Origin: Candidatus Omnitrophota bacterium
GTDB taxonomy: Bacteria; Omnitrophota; Gorgyraeia; Gygaellales; Profunditerraquicolaceae
Length of the DNA: 64,000 nucleotides
Direction of reading: 5' to 3'
Assembly (NCBI GenBank): GCA_026387355.1
Contig: JAPLLW010000007.1
Location: 42,198 to 106,197 of the forward strand
Every line of letters begins with the position of its first letter. The stretch's first letter is position 1. Below are positions 56,915 through 64,000 of this stretch, piece after piece. A model generated the notes under the pieces. The model ran no database searches and had not been told where the DNA came from. It saw nothing but the letters and a program-made list of their open reading frames with translations. Both the position numbers and the translations under genes were made by a program.

Positions 56915-58753
56915 CTAGGCTAAATCGCTTTTTTCTATTCCTAATATTCGCTTCACCTCTTCGCCACCTAAAACTTCTTTTTCGGATAGCGCGGCGGATA
57001 AAGCTTTCAATTTATCTATATTCTGTTCAAGAAGGTTCCTGGCCTTAGCGTATGATGTTTCAATAATCTCCCTCACCTCTTCATCAATCATGCGGGCAGT
57101 CTCTTCGCTGTAGTTTTTTTCTTCTGTAATATCTCTACCTAGAAATACAAGGCCTTCTCTGCGGCCCAAGGTTATATGTCCTAATTTATCAGACATTCCA
57201 AATTGAGTAACCATGCGCCTAGCCATGCCTGTCGCCATCTCAAGGTCGTTTTGGGCCCCGGTTGTTACTTCGCCTAAAGTTAATTCTTCGGAAGCGCGGC
57301 CTCCTAGCATCATGGCAATCTCAGCAACTAGCTCCTTTTTTGTCCAGTAATGCCTGTCTTCTAGGGGCGGAGTAAAAGTATATCCACCTGCCAATCCTCT
57401 AGGGATGATAGATACTTTTTTTAATGGATTAACTTCGGGCAGCAGTAATGACAAAAGCGCATGGCCTGATTCATGAAAAGAGGTAATCTCCTTTTCCTTC
57501 TTGGAGATAATACGGCTCTTTTTTTCAGGACCCATGAGCACTCTTTCTACTGATTTATCAAGGTCAATTTCTTCAATCGCTTCCTTGTTGCTTCTTGCAG
57601 CAAGGAGCGCTGCTTCGTTGCATAAGTTTGCCAGATCTGCACCAGAGAATCCCGGGGTTTGAGAAGCTATTGATTTTAAATCTACGGAAGGCGAAAGTTT
57701 TAATTTACGCGTGTGTACCTTTAATATTTCTTCTCGTCCTTTAATGTCGGGTAAATTTACGATAATATTACGATCGAATCTTCCAGGGCGCATTAAAGCG
57801 GGATCCAGGGTATCTGGTCGATTGGTTGCAGCAATAAGGATCAATCCAACAGTGGTATCAAAGCCGTCCATTTCAACCAGCAGGGCATTTAAGGTTTGCT
57901 CTCTTTCATCATTGCCTCCACCGATTCCAGCAAAACGCAGGCGGCCTACCGCATCAATCTCGTCAATGAAAATTATTGCACCTTTTCCTGAAACTTTAGC
58001 CGCCTTCCTTCCTTGTTCAAAAAGATTGCGTACGCGGCTAGCGCCAACTCCCACAAACATCTCTACAAAGTCAGAGCCGCTTATAGAAAAGAAAGGCACT
58101 CCCGCTTCTCCAGCTACAGCCTTAGCGATTAAAGTCTTTCCGCATCCGGGAGGGCCTACTAATAACACCCCCTTAGGAATCTTGCCACCAAGCTTTTGAA
58201 ATTTCTTAGGATCTTTTAGAAAATCAATAACTTCTTTTAACTCTTCTTTTGCCTCATCCACCCCGGCTACGTCGTCATAAGTTACCTTCTCCTTATCTCC
58301 ATGGATCTTTGGTGCAACTTTTCCGAAAGACATAATCTTGTTGCCTAGCTGTTCTCCGCGTGAAGCCATCATCCACCAGAAAAATATCAGAAGAAGTATC
58401 GGGCCAAGATTAAAAAGAAGCGAAGTCCAGAATGTGCGCGGGGCCTTAACGTCGAAAGCTTTAAGGTTTGCACGCATAAGATCAAGTAATCCGGGGTCAC
58501 TTTCGGGGATATTCACAAAAAATCTTGAGTTATCTTTTAACTCGCCTTCAATTTTATTCTCACCGTTAATTAAAACCGCAGATTTTATAGTATCAGGCTT
58601 ATTTTTTAGGATATCGTAAAAATTACCATAGACAAGTTCTTTAGGTACGCCGTTTAAGGGTATACTCAATGAGTTTATAATTACGAAAAATAAAATTATT
58701 GCCAGTATCCAGCCAAAAGGAGAGCGTTTTAAAATATTGTTTTTCTTAGCCAT
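56915..58753 (-). CDS. ftsH: ATP-dependent zinc metalloprotease FtsH
   Basis: Two TM helices. AAA Walker [14 protein letters not shown] (HESGHAL). Confidence 0.95.
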   Translation of the reverse strand: MAKKNNILKRSPFGWILAIILFFVIINSLSIPLNGVPKELVYGNFYDILKNKPDTIKSAVLINGENKIEGELKDNSRFFVNIPESDPGLLDLMRANLKAFDVKAPRTFWTSLLFNLGPILLLIFFWWMMASRGEQLGNKIMSFGKVAPKIHGDKEKVTYDDVAGVDEAKEELKEVIDFLKDPKKFQKLGGKIPKGVLLVGPPGCGKTLIAKAVAGEAGVPFFSISGSDFVEMFVGVGASRVRNLFEQGRKAAKVSGKGAIIFIDEIDAVGRLRFAGIGGGNDEREQTLNALLVEMDGFDTTVGLILIAATNRPDTLDPALMRPGRFDRNIIVNLPDIKGREEILKVHTRKLKLSPSVDLKSIASQTPGFSGADLANLCNEAALLAARSNKEAIEEIDLDKSVERVLMGPEKKSRIISKKEKEITSFHESGHALLSLLLPEVNPLKKVSIIPRGLAGGYTFTPPLEDRHYWTKKELVAEIAMMLGGRASEELTLGEVTTGAQNDLEMATGMARRMVTQFGMSDKLGHITLGRREGLVFLGRDITEEKNYSEETARMIDEEVREIIETSYAKARNLLEQNIDKLKALSAALSEKEVLGGEEVKRILGIEKSDLA

Positions 58754-58789
58754 TTTTAACCTTTCATTGATGTTATTAATAGAATAATA

Positions 58790-58818
58790 ATTATAACTTT
58801 AAATGTTCGTAAAATCAA
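58790..58818 (-). promoter_or_regulatory. sigma70 promoter for ftsH
   Basis: Minus strand TTGATT, 17 nt, TATAAT. Confidence 0.5.
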
Positions 58819-58831
58819 GTAATTTATAGAG

Positions 58832-59797
58832 TTACCTGCGATAGAAAGTAATGGTTTTTGCTTTCTTAAGTACAGATATCCCCTTAGGCAGGTCTACAAT
58901 AGAATTAGTAGGGCGGGCAATGATTAAGTCTTCGATCTCCTTGATATGCTGGTAGGTAATTCTTCTGGTTGAGCCTTGTAATTTAGCGACTTTTAAGCGT
59001 AAAATCATTCTTTGAATTGCGGGGTGAAGCCTTCGAAATTTAACTAAATTTATACTGCCGAATTTTTCTTTAATTAATTTAGCGGAATAGCGGCTTAAGA
59101 AATCATAATCAAGGCTTGAACTTTGAGCCAAATTGCTTAAGGCTTGTGTGATCTGCGGGTTATATTCTTTTTTTAACATAGGCAGCAACTTATTGCGAAG
59201 CCTATTCCTTAAATAAATATCTTCAAGATTTGTCTTATCAAGACGCGATTTAATTTTTCTGATTTTTAAGTATTTATCTATCTCTGTTCTAGGTACTTCG
59301 ATTAATGGCCGGATAATTTTATTGCCTTGGATTATTTTCATTGGAAGAATTCCTGATAATCCAAAGAGCCCGCTTCCTCTAATCAAGCGCATAAGTAATG
59401 TCTCTGCCTGATCATCTAAATTGTGAGCAAGGGCAATTTTGTCCGCTTTAATTTTTTTTGCTGTTTCGAACAAAAACTTTAACCTGGCATCTCTGGCAAT
59501 TTCTTCAGTCGACCCTTTTGCACCTAAGTTCTTGATGTCGATTTTTCCAATTGTTACAGGAATGCTCAATTTAAGGCCCAGTTTTCTGACGAATTCTGCA
59601 TCTAGCGCGGAGTCTTTACGTAACATATGATCAAGGTGGGCGATGGCTAACTTCAAATTAAACTCTTTGCTTAGAGATTTAAGTAAATAGAGTAAACATA
59701 CCGAATCCGCCCCCCCCGAAACTCCGACGAGAATTTTATCTCCTTGCTTGATGAGGAGGTTGCGTTTAATTGTATTTTTTACAATATTAGCGATCAT
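58832..59797 (-). CDS. tilS: tRNA(Ile)-lysidine synthetase
   Basis: PP-loop GVSGGADSVCLL. tilS-ftsH synteny. Confidence 0.9.
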   Translation of the reverse strand: MIANIVKNTIKRNLLIKQGDKILVGVSGGADSVCLLYLLKSLSKEFNLKLAIAHLDHMLRKDSALDAEFVRKLGLKLSIPVTIGKIDIKNLGAKGSTEEIARDARLKFLFETAKKIKADKIALAHNLDDQAETLLMRLIRGSGLFGLSGILPMKIIQGNKIIRPLIEVPRTEIDKYLKIRKIKSRLDKTNLEDIYLRNRLRNKLLPMLKKEYNPQITQALSNLAQSSSLDYDFLSRYSAKLIKEKFGSINLVKFRRLHPAIQRMILRLKVAKLQGSTRRITYQHIKEIEDLIIARPTNSIVDLPKGISVLKKAKTITFYRR

Positions 59798-59885
59798 TTT
59801 ATCGAACTAGATTTTAGCATACCTAGGTATTTTTTCAAGGTTAAAGATTGACAAATTCAAACTTAAAGAGTAAATTAATAATCAA

Positions 59886-61184
59886 ATGATCCCAAAAATT
59901 ATAATCTCAGACTCAGATAAGACAGTTGTAAAGAATTTCTTCTCCCTTTCTACGTTGCAGGGGATTAGTTATGTCTTACCGGTTCTGATATTACCTTATT
60001 TGGTAAGAACAATAGGCCCAGAGAAATTTGGGCTTATTGCATTTGCCCAGGCCTTTATCCAGTACTTCATAATATTTACTGATTACGGTTTTAGTCTTTC
60101 TGCAACCAGGGAAATCTCCATTCATCGTGACCATAAGATTAAAGTCAACTCGATTTTCTCGGCGGTTATGACAGTAAAGCTGCTGCTTGTGGCATTAAGC
60201 CTGGCAGTTGCGTTTACAATCGTCTATTTTGTCCCTAAATTTAGAGACGACTGGTTACTTTATCTATTAAGCTTTGGTGCGGTTTTAGGGAATGCTCTTT
60301 TTCCTGTTTGGTTTTTTCAAGGGACAGAAAAGATGAAGTATATTACTTTAATAAACTTAGCCGGAGGGATTCTTTATGCGCTTTGTATCTTTATTTTTAT
60401 CAGGGCCCCTAAGGATTATTTGTTAATCCCTGCCTTTAATTCACTTTTCTTTCTTGGAACAGGCCTTGCTGGGCTACGCACTGCTTTTAAGAAGTTTCAT
60501 TTAAAGTTCGCCATCCAAACTTATGCTGATATTTTGCATCAGATAAGAGCTGGTTGGAGCGTTTTTCTCTCTGTTATTGCTGTAAATACTTATACCACTA
60601 GCCGTATTTTTGCTGTAGGTTTACTTACTAATAATACCGTTACCGGTTTTTATTCTATTGCCGAGCGAATCGCAGGTATAATACAGACTTTTCCTCTGGC
60701 ATCTATCTCGCAGGCAATATATCCTAGATTAAACAAGATATTCATAAAAAATAAGAAACGGGCTGTAGGATTAATGTATATGATTCAGGATGCAACAACC
60801 TCAGCTTTTTTCCTGGCTATACCAGTAGCTATCTTCTTCTCTCACTTGATTGTGCGTATAATCTGCGGGCCGGGATATCCTGAGGTGGTCATTGCGTTAC
60901 GCTTGCTACTATTCTCGGTATTTTTTATTAGCGCGAATGCTTTTAAAGTGCAGTTTTTATTGATTTGCGAAATGCAGAAAGCTTATTCCAGGATTCATAT
61001 CTTTGCGGCAAGTCTTGGGCTCCCCTTAATTTTTATACTTACGCATTATTTTTCATATCTTGGGGCTGCCCTGGCAACAGTAATTATCGAAGCAATTATC
61101 TATATCTTGACTTCCCAGGTTCTTTTTTATACTATCTCTAAGAAATTTAGAGGTATCTACCCGAAAACAATAAACTCTATCTAA
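59886..61184 (+). CDS. Polysaccharide/oligosaccharide flippase (Wzx/MOP family)
   Basis: About 12 TM helices and the typical PST-family length. Only convincing plus-strand gene. Candidate promoter TTGACA-17-TAAATT just upstream. Confidence 0.7.
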   Translation: MIPKIIISDSDKTVVKNFFSLSTLQGISYVLPVLILPYLVRTIGPEKFGLIAFAQAFIQYFIIFTDYGFSLSATREISIHRDHKIKVNSIFSAVMTVKLLLVALSLAVAFTIVYFVPKFRDDWLLYLLSFGAVLGNALFPVWFFQGTEKMKYITLINLAGGILYALCIFIFIRAPKDYLLIPAFNSLFFLGTGLAGLRTAFKKFHLKFAIQTYADILHQIRAGWSVFLSVIAVNTYTTSRIFAVGLLTNNTVTGFYSIAERIAGIIQTFPLASISQAIYPRLNKIFIKNKKRAVGLMYMIQDATTSAFFLAIPVAIFFSHLIVRIICGPGYPEVVIALRLLLFSVFFISANAFKVQFLLICEMQKAYSRIHIFAASLGLPLIFILTHYFSYLGAALATVIIEAIIYILTSQVLFYTISKKFRGIYPKTINSI

Positions 61185-61187
61185 TCC

Positions 61188-61766
61188 TTAGAAATTCTCT
61201 GCTAAGACCTCAAAATAAGCTTGCGGATGCTTACATGCAGGACATGCGTTAGGGGCATCTGGACTTTCTGTAACGTAACCGCAGTTGATGCAGTGCCATT
61301 TAACAGTAGCCTTCTTTTTAAAAACTTCAGCATCGGCTAGATTATTAATCAGTTTTCTGTATCTTGCTTCATGAAAACGCTCGACTTTTGCAATCTGCTC
61401 AAAAGTGCGTGCAACCTCAGCTAACCCTTCATCTTTGGCAGTTTTGGAAAAATCTTGGTATATGGCTGTCCACTCCATGTTTTCTCCGGCAGCAGCTGCC
61501 TCTAAGTTGCTTTTGGTATCTTTTATCATGCCTGCAGGAAATGTAGCTGTAATCTCAGTATCTCCGCCTTCTAAGTGTTTAAAAAATAGCTTTGCATGTT
61601 CCTTTTCGTTTTCAGCAGTTTCAGTAAAAATATTAGCTATCTGCTCAAAACCCTCTTTTTTAGCAACGCTAGCAAAATAAGTATACCTGTTTCGCGCCTG
61701 AGATTCTCCTGCATAAGCAGTAAGTAGATTTTTCTCTGTTTTTGACCCTTTAAGTGACTTACTCAT
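61188..61766 (-). CDS. rbr: Rubrerythrin
   Basis: Ferritin-like di-iron E…ExxH motifs. C-terminal rubredoxin-like CINCG…CPACK. Confidence 0.9.
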   Translation of the reverse strand: MSKSLKGSKTEKNLLTAYAGESQARNRYTYFASVAKKEGFEQIANIFTETAENEKEHAKLFFKHLEGGDTEITATFPAGMIKDTKSNLEAAAAGENMEWTAIYQDFSKTAKDEGLAEVARTFEQIAKVERFHEARYRKLINNLADAEVFKKKATVKWHCINCGYVTESPDAPNACPACKHPQAYFEVLAENF

Positions 61767-61808
61767 TGTTTTCCTTTCTCTGCGTCGTAAGACTGCGTCG
61801 CTAGTATC

Positions 61809-61885
61809 TGGTGGCGGCGACTGGATTTAAACCAGTGACCTGTCGGGTATGAGCCGATTGCTCTATCAGGCTGAGCTACGCCGCC
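61809..61885 (-). tRNA. tRNA-Met (CAT), elongator type (a lysidine-modified Ile2 identity cannot be excluded)
   Basis: Acceptor GGCGGCG/CGCCGCC with G1-C72, so not an initiator. Anticodon loop CTCATAC. CCA encoded. Unusual D-loop with no GG and T-loop TTTAAAT (U56), consistent with an A19-U56 covariation. Confidence 0.7.
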
Positions 61886-61898
61886 ATATAATTTTTTT

Positions 61899-61927
61899 AT
61901 ACTATCAGAAAGAACCTTGTCTTGCAA
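61899..61927 (-). promoter_or_regulatory. Candidate promoter for tRNA-Met
   Basis: Minus strand TTGCAA, 17 nt, TAGTAT. Ends 13 nt before the tRNA 5' end. Confidence 0.35.
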
Positions 61928-61954
61928 GTGACACTTTATTTAGATCAGCTAAAG

Positions 61955-62341
61955 TTATTTAAGAAACCTATGAATAAACAAAACGTAACCGATAAGAAGC
62001 GCATTTACGCAGGTAATAACCACAACTCCTGCGGCGATATCCTTAATTAATTTAATTTTATAATTGTACTCTTTAGTTACTGCATCAAGCATGAGCTCTA
62101 TAGCTGTATTTAAAATCTCGGCAACAAATACTAGGGTTATGGTAATAGAAAGCGCAATAAGCTCAATTCCATGTAATTTAAAATAGAAGCCTAGTAAAAT
62201 AGCAGCAATACCAATAAGAAAAATAAAGCGCATATTGCGATGGTGCAGAAATAAGTACGAGATTCCTTTCGTGGCAATCTCAAAGCTTTCTCCTAAGCCA
62301 CGCGGATTCAGTAAATCAAATACTGTCTTCTTCCCTTTCAT
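61955..62341 (-). CDS. dgkA: Diacylglycerol kinase / undecaprenol kinase family
   Basis: Three TM helices. EILNTAIE catalytic motif. Confidence 0.8.
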   Translation of the reverse strand: MKGKKTVFDLLNPRGLGESFEIATKGISYLFLHHRNMRFIFLIGIAAILLGFYFKLHGIELIALSITITLVFVAEILNTAIELMLDAVTKEYNYKIKLIKDIAAGVVVITCVNALLIGYVLFIHRFLK

Positions 62342-63130
62342 TTATTTCTTCCTGTAGGCCTCCAAGTATTTATCGCAGAATATATGTTTGTTCAGGATTA
62401 AGTCTGCGGTAATTCCAGCATCCATAAGTTCGCTATCTAGCGGATCAAGAATAGCAGCATCCAAGCCAAAGCTTTGAGCCATTACCAAGAATGTGCGGTT
62501 AATTAATGGCCGCACAAATGTACCTTGCGAAACATTGCTTAAGCCAACAATTGTTTTTGGGCTAGGTTCGGATAGTATCTTAAATTCCCTTATTGATTCC
62601 AGTATTTCATTTTGCTGAGATTGAGCTACATTAACCGGCATAACTATCGGGTCAAGATAAAGGTCGTCGAGTAGAAAGCCCGCCTCCGAACAGGTAGCTA
62701 CAATCTGGGCAGCTAATTCAAGGCGTTGATCCTTATTCTGTGGAATTCCTTTTGCGCTTATTGTTAAACCTATTAATTTGGCGTGGTATTTCTTAGCCAA
62801 AGGAATAAGTTTGTCTAATTTTGCCACGTCAGCAGTAGTCGAGTTAATTATAGCTTTATTTTTAGTTACTTTAAGTCCGGATTCTATCACATCAGGCTTA
62901 CTTGAGTCTATACATATAGTTTTATCTGTTACCTCTTGGATTGTTTCAATCAACCATTGTATATCTAAAATGGGTTGTTTCGAAGCCGGACCACAATTTA
63001 CATCTAGAGCATCAGCCCCGGCCTTAAGTTGATCAAGCGCATATTTCTGTATAACGCCTTTATTTTTCTCCGCAATAGCTTTTCCTATATAAGAGTACAT
63101 CCCGTTAATTAATTCGCCGATTATAAACAT
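62342..63130 (-). CDS. acsE: 5-methyltetrahydrofolate:corrinoid/iron-sulfur protein Co-methyltransferase (MeTr)
   Basis: 262 aa and collinear with acetogen MeTr. MFIIGELINGM…LDVNCGP…INSTT…GLSNVSQ…PLINRTFL pterin-binding TIM-barrel motifs. Confidence 0.85.
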   Translation of the reverse strand: MFIIGELINGMYSYIGKAIAEKNKGVIQKYALDQLKAGADALDVNCGPASKQPILDIQWLIETIQEVTDKTICIDSSKPDVIESGLKVTKNKAIINSTTADVAKLDKLIPLAKKYHAKLIGLTISAKGIPQNKDQRLELAAQIVATCSEAGFLLDDLYLDPIVMPVNVAQSQQNEILESIREFKILSEPSPKTIVGLSNVSQGTFVRPLINRTFLVMAQSFGLDAAILDPLDSELMDAGITADLILNKHIFCDKYLEAYRKK

Positions 63131-63153
63131 GTTAAACTCCGAAGGTATAGGTA

Positions 63154-64000
63154 CTATTTATGATTAAATAGTTCTTCTATATATTTGTCAATTTTCTCTA
63201 CTGCTTTAGGATGACGCATTACCAGTAAATCTGCACCAGCTTGAATTAAAGCAGTAGAGGTAAGCGTCTCCCAGATAATTCCTTGCTCTGGATGATCGGT
63301 TTTTGCTTCTTTTACTCTCCAGGTTTCTTGCCCGACAAAGCAGACAAACGGGCTAGCTACGGTTTTATCTCCGGAAAGAGCAGCAAGCCTTGCGCGTTCC
63401 ATAATCGAATAAGCATATTCTAACCCGTAACCTAAAGCTCCGATAGTAGGATTTATAACAATGCGCTCTAAAGGTAGCCCCATGTCCGAAATTAAAATAT
63501 TTAGTTGTTTAGCGATGTTTATGTCAATAGGAGATTCTGCGATAAGGCTATGACCATCAGCAAGTGCGCTGGCAGTAATCGTCTTATAATTGTCTCCGAC
63601 AGCGCTGCCAATTAGACAGCGTTCTCCTTTTGCAGCTTCAGAGCAAGCAGGAAGTAAGAGATTATCTTTAGTATCGTCACCGCAACCCAGGATAATTAAA
63701 GGTACGCTCACTCGTTTTAGTAACTCTTTAACAAGCGCAGCTTCTTCTTTTTCTGATCTATTGCCAAAATCCGGATGTGCCCCCTGCATTTTGATACACA
63801 GGCTTTGAGCCTTAAACTCTTTTACGCATTTTTCTGCCCATTTTAGAGGATCATTTAGGACATTGCCGTAAACTTTATTTAATTCATCAAGCCAATCGCT
63901 TGGAGCAATATCCCAAATCTCAAAAGCAATAGCAGGTTTATTGGGAATAGGTGCCTCTTGAAATAGGCAAGGTAGCGACTCTTCTCCTCCGATTCTTATT
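63154..64000 (-). CDS. acsD: Corrinoid iron-sulfur protein small subunit (AcsD/CdhD-like), 5' end beyond the window
   Basis: The reading frame continues with no stop to the window edge (…IRIGGEESLPCLF…). It sits immediately upstream of acsE, as in acetogen acs clusters. The ATG at 63789 listed in the ORF track is internal. Confidence 0.55.
   Translation of the reverse strand, partial: IRIGGEESLPCLFQEAPIPNKPAIAFEIWDIAPSDWLDELNKVYGNVLNDPLKWAEKCVKEFKAQSLCIKMQGAHPDFGNRSEKEEAALVKELLKRVSVPLIILGCGDDTKDNLLLPACSEAAKGERCLIGSAVGDNYKTITASALADGHSLIAESPIDINIAKQLNILISDMGLPLERIVINPTIGALGYGLEYAYSIMERARLAALSGDKTVASPFVCFVGQETWRVKEAKTDHPEQGIIWETLTSTALIQAGADLLVMRHPKAVEKIDKYIEELFNHK

Noticed and set aside
61809-61885. 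Initiator tRNA-fMet
   Set aside because: G1-C72 pair present and no three consecutive G-C pairs in the anticodon stem, so it is an elongator Met (or Ile2) type.

Overview
This 64 kb window reads as an AT-rich bacterial chromosome, diderm (an outer-membrane beta-barrel ending in a C-terminal Phe) and probably anaerobic. Genes are densely packed, almost all on the minus strand, and often overlap by 1-4 nt. Most of the content is housekeeping. It includes ppdK, several aminoacyl-tRNA synthetases (glyQS, aspS, hisS, valS), dnaE, guaAB, the groES-groEL operon with a CIRCE operator, pantothenate/CoA genes (panB, panE, coaX, coaB), thrC/hom/lysC, cimA, an archaeal-type iPGM, ftsH-folP-cdaA, tilS, acpS and pdxJ. 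Seven tRNAs are present (Arg-CCT, Pro-GGG, Gly-TCC, Tyr-GTA, Thr-TGT in a thrU-tyrU-glyT-like cluster, and Met-CAT). Two Wood-Ljungdahl genes (acsD, cut by the window edge, and acsE) lie at the 3' end. There is no CRISPR array, transposase or recognisable prophage. Two observations stand out as non-routine. (1) Two homologous GC-rich structured elements of about 110 nt lie in inverted orientation around a 110-aa membrane-protein gene (28.5-29.4 kb). They share an 8-bp hairpin with an identical 7-nt loop (ACGCTGG) and three compensatory base-pair changes in the stem. The second copy has a long-range closing helix, a 14-bp perfect palindrome just upstream, and ends at a bidirectional terminator. 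(2) An NRAMP-related transporter with the non-canonical metal-site motifs typical of NRMT Mg2+ transporters (DAGG instead of DPGN, TVAPW instead of TVMPH) is translationally coupled to a stand-alone cytoplasmic MgtE sensor module (PRC-barrel + MgtE_N + CBS pair, no pore domain). Smaller oddities are a 19-nt duplication of the tRNA-Pro 3' end, an AspRS lacking the GAD insertion, a short divergent ThyA coupled to a PilZ protein, FolP with a 130-aa N-terminal extension, and a fused nucleotidyltransferase/HEPN-like protein.
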